Positions 7,540 through 16,759 of a DNA stretch of 64,000 nucleotides are shown here, one piece after another (the first letter of the stretch is position 1; every line of letters begins with the position of its first letter). The position numbers were made by a program, and so were the translations under genes. The notes beneath the pieces were generated by a model. It did not search any database. It worked only from the letters and a program-made list of their open reading frames with translations, and was not told where the DNA came from. Source of the stretch: a bacterium (lineage in GTDB: Bacteria > Patescibacteriota > Patescibacteriia > Magasanikbacterales > GWA2-37-8); contig JBDROJ010000023.1 in assembly GCA_043810165.1 (NCBI GenBank), forward strand, positions 4,675 through 68,674, in the 5' to 3' direction.

Positions 7540-7669
7540 TATATAGTGTGGAAGGGGTGTATGTAAAACCAAATTCACCTAACCTTACACAAATTATCCA
7601 TCACCCCAGTTCGCACGTCCTCCACTACCCCGCTCATACGAAAATACCGCTATAATAAGCGGTATTTTT
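7540..7669 (+). repeat. Junction repeat copy C (full length, with terminator hairpin)
   Basis: Contains the copy A and copy B sequence; AAAATACCGCT-ATAATA-AGCGGTATTTT. Confidence 0.85.
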
Positions 7670-7680
7670 GGTTATTGTAG

Positions 7681-8322
7681 CTATAGTTGGTTTATTAGGT
7701 CGTAATTAATTTCTTTAATACTGCTTAACACTCGTGTAGCCAGACTAAAATCATTGTTTTTAGTATGCTTATTGGGGATGGCTATACTTTTCATACCAGC
7801 ACGATGAGCTGCCACTATACCTTTTTGAGCATCTTCTAAAACCAGGCAATTTTTTGGATCTATGTTCAGATCGTTGCTGGCCGTTAAGAATATCTCGGGA
7901 TCAGGTTTGTCTTTAGAAATTTGTTCGGCAGTTACTATAGTTGAAAAGTATTTTTTTAAGTTATTTGAACCTAATACTATATTTACAGCCATTTTTGATG
8001 AGCTGGTAGCTAAACCTAATTCAAATTTTTGCTTCAGCAGTCTAATTGTTTGGCTAACACCTGGAAACAGTCGAGCTTTTTCTTTGAGTATTTTTTTATA
8101 TAATTTCTTTTTTTCTTGGTAAACCATATTTGTATCTAAGTCTATTTTTTCTTGTTTTACGTATTTGTGTACATCTAATCCCTGGGTCGTAAAGTATTTG
8201 TAGAAATTTTTATCGCTTAGTTCAACTCCAAATTTTTTGAGAGTGGTTGTGTAGCAATAACACTGCAAAGGTTCGCTGTCAACGATTAGACCGTCCATGT
8301 CGAATATAATAGCTTTTATCAT
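7681..8322 (-). CDS. HAD-IA phosphatase (beta-PGM/CbbY-like)
   Basis: FDMDGLIVDSE, KPDPEIF, LVLEDA..GI.AA..AGM. Confidence 0.92.
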   Translation of the reverse strand: MIKAIIFDMDGLIVDSEPLQCYCYTTTLKKFGVELSDKNFYKYFTTQGLDVHKYVKQEKIDLDTNMVYQEKKKLYKKILKEKARLFPGVSQTIRLLKQKFELGLATSSSKMAVNIVLGSNNLKKYFSTIVTAEQISKDKPDPEIFLTASNDLNIDPKNCLVLEDAQKGIVAAHRAGMKSIAIPNKHTKNNDFSLATRVLSSIKEINYDLINQL

Positions 8323-8352
8323 ATTTTTTATTAATTAAAATTTATAGAGTAA

Positions 8353-9170
8353 TTGTATACTATTTTTAAATTACACACAAAATTGACTGCTAATTTTGTT
8401 TGTTTAAAAAGAATTAAGGTTGACGGGATCTCAGTCAGCCAGGTAGCTGATGAGCACGGTATTAGACCAAACACAATTTACACCTGGTTGGCTAAAGGCG
8501 TTAACAACGCACCAACCTGGAGTGAGGTATCTAAATTAAAAAAAGAAAACAAGATGTTATTAGAGCTTGTCGGAGAAATTACTGTTAAACTTAGTCAGTC
8601 CCAAAAAAAGAATTAGTTATGAATGGTCCTAACAAGACCAAGCTGGCTGAGATGATGGGAGTTTCAAGACGATTATTGTATTATGACCACAAACAACCAA
8701 ATAAAGATTGGGAGTTAAAGACCAGGATAGAACTAGCCTTGCAAAACCATCCTAGCTATGGACACAAAAGACTAGCCACCTATTTAGGCAGAAACAAAAA
8801 AGCAGTACTAAGAGTGATGAATATGTTTGGCATTAAGCCATACCGACGAAAAGGCAAAAAATACAAGTATATTAAGCTAAAAAAGGATAAGATATTTACC
8901 AACCTGCTTTTTGAAGACAAACCACAGTGTCCCAATCACATCTGGGCTTCTGACTTTACCCACATAGCTAAGTTTAACAATAAGTGGGTTTATCTGGCCA
9001 CTATACTAGATTTATTCACTAGAAAGATTGTAGGTTTTAGTATTCTAATGAATCACAGTAACCAACTGGTTATAGAAGCTTTGCTAATGGCCATATTTAC
9101 AAATAATCTAGCAAGAGTTAATTCAAAGACAGCCCAAATAGGTTGTCTTTTTAGTAACTCCAGCACATGA
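8353..9170 (+). mobile_element. Truncated IS3-family element (orfA + partial orfB)
   Basis: orfA HTH (VSQVADEHGIRPNTIYTW); A7G slippery site at 8603-8610 puts orfB in the -1 frame; orfB has YGHKRL, WASDFT and YLATILDLFTRKIVG but stops before the second D and the E of DDE. Confidence 0.85.
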
Positions 9171-9259
9171 TAACTCCTTACAATTATTACAAAGAATTAG
9201 ACGGGCTGGAGTGCGCCCGTACATGAAACAGGAACAGATGGAAGAGAAAGGATATATGA

Positions 9260-9412
9260 CTATTTTTTTTCATCCGGTATTTTTGACGAATCGTCTTGAG
9301 ATTCGTCGTCAACTATTTTTTCTCCATCTACTTTGAACTGATACATCGTTTCTTCAATCCACTCTCTGGTTGAAGGAACTTCAGTTTTTTTGTCCTGCTT
9401 GAGTTTGGGCAT
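9260..9412 (-). CDS. 50-aa orphan acidic microprotein (MPKLKQDKKTEVPSTREWIEETMYQFKVDGEKIVDDESQDDSSKIPDEKK)
   Basis: Hand-translated; AAGGAGG SD 5 nt before ATG. Confidence 0.6.
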   Translation of the reverse strand: MPKLKQDKKTEVPSTREWIEETMYQFKVDGEKIVDDESQDDSSKIPDEKK

Positions 9413-9523
9413 TGCCCCTCCCTTGATTTGGTTGTGTCATTAATTATTACTTAAAAATAGTTTTTTGGCAAATTCTATCTTGACAAGAGTTTGAATTTGT
9501 TTTAATATATCAACCAATGTATC

Positions 9524-9597
9524 GCGGTAGTAGCTCAGTTGGCTAGAGTGTTTCCTTGCCAAGGAAAAGGTCGCCGGTTCGAATCCGGTCTACCGCT
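9524..9597 (+). tRNA. tRNA-Gly(GCC)
   Basis: GCGGTAG/CTACCGC acceptor; TTTCC-TTGCCAA-GGAAA; TTCGAAT. Confidence 0.95.
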
Positions 9598-9649
9598 CTT
9601 GTTCTAAATAGGATCTACAAAGCAATTTCTAGTTTAAGATCACAAATAT

Positions 9650-9721
9650 CGCGGGGTAGAGCAATGGCAGCTCGGCGGGCCCATAACCCGCAGGTTCCCG
9701 GTTCGAGTCCGGGCCCCGCAA
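9650..9721 (+). tRNA. Initiator tRNA-fMet(CAT)
   Basis: C1:A72 mismatch, GGG/CCC anticodon stem, CAT anticodon. Confidence 0.95.
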
Positions 9722-9769
9722 CTAAAAAACAGATCGATAGCCGACCTGTTTTTTTATTTGTTTAATTTT

Positions 9770-10822
9770 TTAGTTGTTAGACAATTCCTTCCTATAGTGA
9801 TGGGCGTACATCTCCCACATGGATAATAACAGCGCAGCTACAATCGGACCGATTATGAATCCGGAGATGCCAAACATCACGATTCCTCCCAGAGTAGAGA
9901 ATAGGATTAGTAGAGGATGCATATTGGTATCTTTGCCAATCAATAATGGTCGTAATAAATTATCAATTGTGCCGATTACAGTGGCACCAAAGATTATTAT
10001 TACCATGCCTTGCCAGACATTTCCGGCAATCAACATTATTATTCCGGCCGGCAACCAAACAATTGATGAACCAACGCCTGGAACAGCGGCCGCCACTATC
10101 ATTATGATGCCCCATACCAAAGCGCCTTCAACTCCGGCGATTATAAAAATAATAGAGCCTAGAAAACCTTGCACAACTCCAATAATCAGAGTTCCTTTAA
10201 TGGCGGCTCGAGCCGTTGAGGTAAATTTGTTATAGAGCATTCTTTCGTTTTTATCGCCCAGGGGAGATAAATACATTAATTTTTTAAGCATATCCTGTCC
10301 ATCGCGTAGGAAATAGAATAGTGTGTAAAACATAATAATGAACATTGCCACAAACAGGAGCGAATTTTGAGTTAGATTTTTTAAGCGTATGAAAATAAAG
10401 GACGTAATTGTTTTGGTAACATCGGAAAATTTTGATACTAGCATTTCTTCATCTATATTTAGATTTTTAGTCAGGGTATTGTTTTTAACCCAATTGACAG
10501 TTTCTTGTACATTTCCAATTATTTGTCCTTTGTTGTTATCAATAGCTGCATAAAGATCCAACGATTCTTTTATAAGCAGACTGCTTAATAAGGTTAAGGG
10601 GATCACGATGATTATAAAAACAAATAACAAGGTTATCATGGCGCTAAGATTTTTCATCTTAAGGTGCCTGGCTAGTTTCAAGTGGATTGGGTAGAAAATA
10701 CTGGCAATTACTGCCGCCCAAAATACCGGCAGGAGAAATGGCTTTATCACATAAAAAAATGCTATTGTGATAAAGGCTAGCAAGCCAAAGAATAAAATGG
10801 TGCGTAGTTTGGCAAAGTCCAT
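9770..10822 (-). CDS. AI-2E family transporter
   Basis: 350-aa membrane protein; IDNLLRP..HPLLILFSTLGG..FGISGFIIGP. Confidence 0.92.
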   Translation of the reverse strand: MDFAKLRTILFFGLLAFITIAFFYVIKPFLLPVFWAAVIASIFYPIHLKLARHLKMKNLSAMITLLFVFIIIVIPLTLLSSLLIKESLDLYAAIDNNKGQIIGNVQETVNWVKNNTLTKNLNIDEEMLVSKFSDVTKTITSFIFIRLKNLTQNSLLFVAMFIIMFYTLFYFLRDGQDMLKKLMYLSPLGDKNERMLYNKFTSTARAAIKGTLIIGVVQGFLGSIIFIIAGVEGALVWGIIMIVAAAVPGVGSSIVWLPAGIIMLIAGNVWQGMVIIIFGATVIGTIDNLLRPLLIGKDTNMHPLLILFSTLGGIVMFGISGFIIGPIVAALLLSMWEMYAHHYRKELSNN

Positions 10823-10870
10823 ATGATTTGTTTTTATATTATATATATAATTTTAACACAAATATCTGAT

Positions 10871-12289
10871 TTAAGACAGGGTCTTTTTGGATAGTATCTC
10901 TTTGATTGTCTGCTTAGAAATTATTTTTAGAGCCAAGCCCAGTGTTCCATATATTATCATCCCATAAACAATAGAGACTAATACATGAGGCGATGGAAGG
11001 ATGTAAACCAGATAACCCATGACTGCACTGGAAAAAATTATTTTTAGAAATACTTTGCCAGAAGGCCAGAGTTTGGCGTAATAACAAGCCAGCATCATTA
11101 AGCCCAAGCCCGCATAAACTTGAGAGAAAACTGCTACAATAACCGCTCCCCAAACTCCGTACAAAGGTATTAGAATTATATATGCTGTTAACGATATAAT
11201 TGCATCAGTTACATAAATCCACATGCTTTGGCGTTGTTTTCCAATTGCCAAAGCAATATGGCCGAAGATCATGCCAAAGACAATTCCAAGCATGGCCAAG
11301 GTGAATACGCGCAAGATAATTCCTGAAGAAATAAATTCATGGCCACCAACTAATTTCATAATTGGAGTGGATAAAACCAGTATGCCGACAATCATTGGTA
11401 AGACCATTAAATTTACCAGATCAAAACTCATTTGAAAATATTTTTTAAATTCTTCGGATTTTTTGCTTGCCCAAGCGTGAGTAAGCAATGGCAACATAAT
11501 GCCCATTATCATGGCGATTACTTGTGCAACTATTTCCACTACCCGAAAAGCTGCGCCATACAGGCCCACATCAACCTGGCTGGCATATAGCGGTAAAATT
11601 ACTTTGTCGCTTTGTAAGTAAACCGCATTGAAAACCACTGCAATGGCCACGGGCCACATTTTTTTAAAAATATCTTTGGATATTTTTTTATCTAGACAAA
11701 GTTTAATCCTATCACTGCGCAACCACATATAGCCGGTGTAAATACTGGCAGCCACTGTGATCACAAACATCATGGGCAAGAAGCCGTAACTGCCAATCAT
11801 CATTAATGATAACCCTGCTACAAGTACAAGACGGCTAAGCACTTCAGCAGTAACTTGAATTATCATTTTTAATTTATGCTGATAATAACCTATGAAGACG
11901 TGGTTTAGGGATATAAAAAAGAAGGAGAGGGACAAAACCAATACGCCCATTTTTATGGTGTGAGGATATGGCAAAAATAAGAATATAACCGGTGCTGAAC
12001 CATTAAATATCAAGGCTGTGATCAAGCGCCAAGTAAATAAATTATTAAAAAGTTTTTTCTGGTCATGTTTAGATTCAGACAGCATGCTGGCTGTGACAAC
12101 GGAAAAACCGAAATCACAGAGAATTCCAATGAATAGCAAAAAGCCGGTGGTAGTTACATACCAGCCAAATTGTTCCACGCCTAGATGGCGGGTCATGATG
12201 GCAACAGCCAAAAGACCTAAAAAAGTACTTATGGCTTTGCCGATCAACTGGATCATTGTATTGTGTGCGATTTTTTTGGTGGTGGACAT
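10871..12289 (-). CDS. Wzx-like polysaccharide flippase (MOP superfamily)
   Basis: KKIAHNT..., LGVEQFGWY, DKVIL..VGLYGAA, LIPLYGVWGA; 12-14 TM. Confidence 0.9.
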   Translation of the reverse strand: MSTTKKIAHNTMIQLIGKAISTFLGLLAVAIMTRHLGVEQFGWYVTTTGFLLFIGILCDFGFSVVTASMLSESKHDQKKLFNNLFTWRLITALIFNGSAPVIFLFLPYPHTIKMGVLVLSLSFFFISLNHVFIGYYQHKLKMIIQVTAEVLSRLVLVAGLSLMMIGSYGFLPMMFVITVAASIYTGYMWLRSDRIKLCLDKKISKDIFKKMWPVAIAVVFNAVYLQSDKVILPLYASQVDVGLYGAAFRVVEIVAQVIAMIMGIMLPLLTHAWASKKSEEFKKYFQMSFDLVNLMVLPMIVGILVLSTPIMKLVGGHEFISSGIILRVFTLAMLGIVFGMIFGHIALAIGKQRQSMWIYVTDAIISLTAYIILIPLYGVWGAVIVAVFSQVYAGLGLMMLACYYAKLWPSGKVFLKIIFSSAVMGYLVYILPSPHVLVSIVYGMIIYGTLGLALKIISKQTIKEILSKKTLS

Positions 12290-12416
12290 ATTGGTTTCAT
12301 TATAACATCTTTTAGCAGAAAAGTAGAGATTGGTCGTTGACCAAATGTAATTATTATGGTATTAATTTGATTAGATTCCTAGATAACACAACCAATGGTT
12401 TGATAAGGATATAAAG

Positions 12417-13412
12417 ATGACAAGACCTGATGATCTGATTGTTAATACTTGGCCTACAGATACTAGGGTTTGTGTTGATGCAAATGGCGTGGTGCGCGCC
12501 ATCACCCTTAGTCTTATGCCCGGTTTGAGGGACAGAGTTGGCATGGATGCGGATTACGATACCTATCGGCGATTGGGCAAAGATGGGAGGTATCGTAGAG
12601 TGCACAATCTGTACGGGGCCTGCCGTGCTCATCGTTATGCATCTGAATTTGAGTTGAATGATGAACGTCTGTCAGTCCGTGGTATTGAGATATGCAATGA
12701 TTTGGGGGTAAGATTGGTCGGGATTGGCAGTCACACGACAGATGAACGGCTGATCACCGAGATTCTGTACCCAGTTCAACGACAATTGTTGATTCTCAAG
12801 CGCGTCTATGACGATCAAAAAGTCAAAGCGCGTTGTCACTTTGAACGCATGGCCGATCTTAAGGATAGCCGTGGGCGGGATAACCCCGGTGCCAAACGGG
12901 TCAGTGGTGTGGTCGCGCGTGTTGCATGGGATAGAAGGTCGGCAAATATTTGACGCATCCAACCATGGCTTAAGTTCTATGACGAGGCCATGCGTGCCAG
13001 GATCATGCAAATTCAATGGCACTTGGAGCAGGCTCGTGGTGTGTATTCTCAAATCAAGAGTTGGTATTGGCAACGTGGGTATGATAATCGCCTTCAGTTC
13101 AAAGATCGAGACGCCATGCTGGTCAAGCTTCGCTACCACATTAGCCGGCTTAACATCAAGCCATACAGGCGGCATTACTTGCATCTATGGAAAGAAGCTG
13201 AAATCATGCAAAATTGTTCTGGGCATGATTGGTATGATCTTTGGGATATGGCTGACCGCGGTTTTCAATCTGCAGGGTTGATGCTGGCGCGTAAGCGGTT
13301 AGAGTTGGCCAAGATGCATCTGCGACTGGCTGGATTAGGCTCTGCAGTGTATGTAGCCTTGTTACCCACCTGTTTTTTTCTAAGCCTAGTACATATGTAC
13401 GGTACCGGGTAA
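12417..13412 (+). pseudogene. Orphan ORF interrupted by a single in-frame TGA (12951-12953)
   Basis: 12417..12953 and 12990..13412 are in the same frame; the gap reads RIQPWLKFYDEA without stops. Confidence 0.55.
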
Positions 13413-13521
13413 GCCAGTCCGGGCAACCAAAATTCCAAGGAGGTTGTCACCAGCCTCCGCCATTTGTCATAAATTTTTATGACAAGCGGTTGATGCTGGT
13501 GGCAAAATTTTTTTAGATATC

Positions 13522-13555
13522 AAAAAACACTCGGAGATATTCTTGAGTGTTTTTT
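13522..13555. terminator. Bidirectional terminator between convergent orphans
   Basis: AAAAAACACTC...GAGTGTTTTTT. Confidence 0.75.
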
Positions 13556-13708
13556 ATTTATACGGATTTTGTTTTCTCGGTCTAATACTCCTTATTACAA
13601 AGTACCAAAGAATATTAGCGGACCGAGATAAAGCAAAAACCTTACACCCAATCCGCCTCAACCCTATGTTTTTGTTGAAGTTTTTTGGGCGTGATCCGAG
13701 GGAGTGTT

Positions 13709-14047
13709 TTATTTTTCTACCTCCTCGGACTTGGCCAGCTCGGCGTTGATTTTGGCGGACAGCCATGGAGCCAGCTGATCCACCACGATGTCCTTGGCCA
13801 CTCCGATGACCTCCGGGTAGTGTTGGCTCAGGAATTCCTTGATTTTCTTTCTCACTGTCTCGTACTGGGCTTCACCGCCGGCGTTGCCGTTGTCGGTCAG
13901 GTCCATATCAAATTGCTTTTCAGGCCAGTCAGACTCAGGCTTGTTGTCCACCTGCGCCCAGAAGGTTACTCTGGCCTGTTCTTTTTTTTCTCCGAACTTT
14001 TTGAGCTCAATTTTTTGACTAATTAGAGCTGAAAGTATTGGAATCAT
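13709..14047 (-). CDS. 112-aa orphan protein (SD-led, GC-rich)
   Basis: ORF track; AAGGAG upstream. Confidence 0.7.
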   Translation of the reverse strand: MIPILSALISQKIELKKFGEKKEQARVTFWAQVDNKPESDWPEKQFDMDLTDNGNAGGEAQYETVRKKIKEFLSQHYPEVIGVAKDIVVDQLAPWLSAKINAELAKSEEVEK

Positions 14048-14169
14048 GTTGAATGCTCCTTCACATAGGGTAATTATAGGCTAGCAGAAAAAACAGGTCA
14101 TGTAAAGCCCTGAACTCGGGATCCTGTGGATTAAATAAAATCGTTTTTTGTGTTATACTATTACTTGTT

Positions 14170-16296
14170 ATGAAATTGAATTTTAAATTAAAATTATCAA
14201 TTTGGCTTCTGCCTTTACTGGCTGGTTTTGTGTTGTTAAATTCGGCTAAAGCTAGCGAGTTTACCCCGCCAGAGGCCAAATATTTCAGTTATCAAGCTCG
14301 ATATTATAGCCAATCAATTGAGGATCCTATTACCATGGAAGCCGGCAGTACAAAAGAAGTGGTAGTTAAATTCAAAAATTCCGGGCAAAAGATATGGCCG
14401 ACTGATGGATGGAATTATGTTTCAGTTTATACGGTTAATCCTAATTATGGAGCCAGTGATTTGGCAGATCCAAGCTGGCTAAGCGATTATCATCCCATAT
14501 TGATTAGTAAACAAACTGCGCCCGGAGAAATCGGGGAATTTAAAATTAAATTAAAAGCACCGGACAAAATTGGAGAGTATAAACAAGATTTTAATTTAGC
14601 GGTTGAAGACTCCACTTGGATTAAGGGTGGTTATTTTTTTCTTAAAGTCAAAGTAATTCCGGCCAAGCCAAAATATAATTTTACCAAAGAATTGAATGTG
14701 GGCGATGACGGAGAAGAAGTAAAACAATTACAGTTAAAATTAAAAGAATTGGGTTATTATACTCATTCAGAAATAACCGGATATTATGGTGATTTGACGA
14801 AGCAGGCTGTGGTTGAATTCCAAAAAGCAAATAAATTAGAACCTTATCCAGGGTTTGTAGGTCCTGGCACAAGGGCAATTTTGAATAATATGTCTGACGT
14901 CGGTAAGGTTGAGAAGAAAGAAGCTCAATCGGCTGTTGTCCCCATTTCAACAAGTCAAAAAGACAAAGAGGTTGTGCAATTAAATAATGATTATCAAGCC
15001 GACATTATTGGGATTACAAGCAATCGTATTGAAGTCAAAGGAGGTCAACGAGTCAATTTTAAAGTGATATATAATAATTCCGGTGAAAAAACTTGGAATC
15101 AGTATGTTTTGCGCGAAGCCGGCAGTCAGGCCAGCACCAGTATATCCATAGCCAGCGTAAAAGAAATTAGTTTGGCTGATGAAACTTGGCTGACCGATAA
15201 AAAGGTAGTGAGTGGCAGTGGTGTTATAGCTCCGGAAGATGTTTTACGAGTAGCTTTTAATTTTCGCGCGCCAGCTAAAAAAGGAGTATATATAGCTAGG
15301 TTTGATTTAAATATTGATGGGCATATTTTAAATGGAGGCAGTCTGGAAATTCCTGTGATTGTGACAGAAGATGCGCCAACTAATTATCAAGCTCCGGTTT
15401 TATCCGCTGACCTTAGCAATCGAGATTTAATTAAGGAGCCTGATATTAAAGTAGGATTGTATAGCAGTGAAGATCCGGTCAAAGTAAAATCGCCTGTTAC
15501 TTATTTAATATATTCAGGAGATGAATACCGCGGTTTGTTGGTTCCTAACACCGAAGCGATTTTAAGTTATAGTAACGGGATTTATAAATACAAAAGCGTA
15601 GGCCTTGAATTCACCAGTAATAAGCATTTACGTTTGATGCCCGGGACAGCGGACGGGTATTTTATTCTGCCCGAATATGTGCGCACAGTTTCATGGCGAG
15701 GCGACAAAAGCTTCAATGCTTATCGCGGTATTTTGGAATATATTTACTCTCCGCGTAAAAATATACCATATATTGTAAATGAATTGCCATTGGACGCATA
15801 TGTTGCAGGAATAGCTGAAACTTCAAATGAAGCACATGCTGAATATGCCAAAGCTATTTTGGTGGCGGCTCGTAGTTATGCTTATTACAGTATTAATAAT
15901 GGTACGCCAAAAGACCAGCGTACCTTTGATGTTTATGGTAGCACAGTAGATCAATTATATTTGGGGTATATTTCTGAAACATTGATGCCACGCATAGTGC
16001 GGTCGGCCAAAGATACTTACGGAGAAATGGTAACATATAATCGTGAACCTGTTATTACTCCATATTTTGGCCATTCTGACGGAATTACGCGTACCTGGAA
16101 GCAGGTCTGGGGCGGTAGTGATAAACTTTGGATAAAACAAGTTAATTGCGAATATGACCAAGGACTGAGCATGTATGGCCATGGTGTGGGAATGAGCGCA
16201 CGCGATGCATCTTATCGCGCCGGTAAAGATGGTTGGGATTACAAGAAAATATTAAAATATTATTATTCAGGAGTAGAAGTGGAGAAAATTTATTAG
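14170..16296 (+). CDS. Secreted SpoIID/LytB-domain protein with NBR1-like Ig domains and a peptidoglycan-binding domain
   Basis: Signal peptide; FKNSGQKIW and YNNSGEKTW Ig repeats; GEEVKQLQLKL..ITGYYGDLTKQAVVEFQ PG-binding; VNELPLDAYVAGIAE, AARSYA, GHGVGMS. Confidence 0.88.
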   Translation: MKLNFKLKLSIWLLPLLAGFVLLNSAKASEFTPPEAKYFSYQARYYSQSIEDPITMEAGSTKEVVVKFKNSGQKIWPTDGWNYVSVYTVNPNYGASDLADPSWLSDYHPILISKQTAPGEIGEFKIKLKAPDKIGEYKQDFNLAVEDSTWIKGGYFFLKVKVIPAKPKYNFTKELNVGDDGEEVKQLQLKLKELGYYTHSEITGYYGDLTKQAVVEFQKANKLEPYPGFVGPGTRAILNNMSDVGKVEKKEAQSAVVPISTSQKDKEVVQLNNDYQADIIGITSNRIEVKGGQRVNFKVIYNNSGEKTWNQYVLREAGSQASTSISIASVKEISLADETWLTDKKVVSGSGVIAPEDVLRVAFNFRAPAKKGVYIARFDLNIDGHILNGGSLEIPVIVTEDAPTNYQAPVLSADLSNRDLIKEPDIKVGLYSSEDPVKVKSPVTYLIYSGDEYRGLLVPNTEAILSYSNGIYKYKSVGLEFTSNKHLRLMPGTADGYFILPEYVRTVSWRGDKSFNAYRGILEYIYSPRKNIPYIVNELPLDAYVAGIAETSNEAHAEYAKAILVAARSYAYYSINNGTPKDQRTFDVYGSTVDQLYLGYISETLMPRIVRSAKDTYGEMVTYNREPVITPYFGHSDGITRTWKQVWGGSDKLWIKQVNCEYDQGLSMYGHGVGMSARDASYRAGKDGWDYKKILKYYYSGVEVEKIY

Positions 16297-16302
16297 AAGT
16301 AA

Positions 16303-16440
16303 CGTGGACAAGTTGTGGATAAATATTTGGTTTTTTATAACCGAATATTTTTTTGGCTAAGTTAAGCTCAGAAATTGTTTACTTGACAAAAATAATTTTT
16401 TCCACATTTATTTGACAAAATCGATAAAAACTGTTAAAAT
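16303..16440 (+). promoter_or_regulatory. rpoB promoter TTGACA-17-TAAAAT with DnaA-like boxes
   Basis: TGTGGATAA at 16314-16322, TTTTCCACA at 16398-16406, -35 at 16412-16417, -10 at 16435-16440. Confidence 0.75.
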
Positions 16441-16759
16441 TGACCTGTTTTCCAAGCTAGTATTACAAAGAAGCCAGAAATCTTGGAGAATTTCGCTTAA
16501 ATTAGCCTTGCCTGGCAGACAGGCGGGTCAAATCACGGCAAATTTACCACATTAATTTGCTGTGTGCAAGGAACATAAACATGCTAACCTTGCCATTTTT
16601 TTATAAAATTTAGTATTTTAACAAAAAACGCCACTTTATGGTGGAGTTTTTTATTATCAAAAGCGATAAACAGTAGTAAATAGCGAATTGTTGTTATTAT
16701 CTATTTACTATTGTCTATCGTCTATTAATTATTTACTATTTTACTAATCAAATATTACT

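Noticed and set aside
5717-7669. Junction repeats as a CRISPR array or integron attC sites
   Set aside because: Intervals are gene-sized (0.8-1 kb), there are no cas or intI genes, and ACCTAAC...GTTCGCA is only about 40 bp and does not fit GTTRRRY
12951-12953. UGA=Gly recoding (code 25) or selenocysteine
   Set aside because: Long conserved genes have no internal TGA, and several end correctly at TGA; no evident SECIS or redox motif
16303-16406. oriC
   Set aside because: Only 2-3 boxes, no dnaA/dnaN nearby, and boxes recur singly at other promoters
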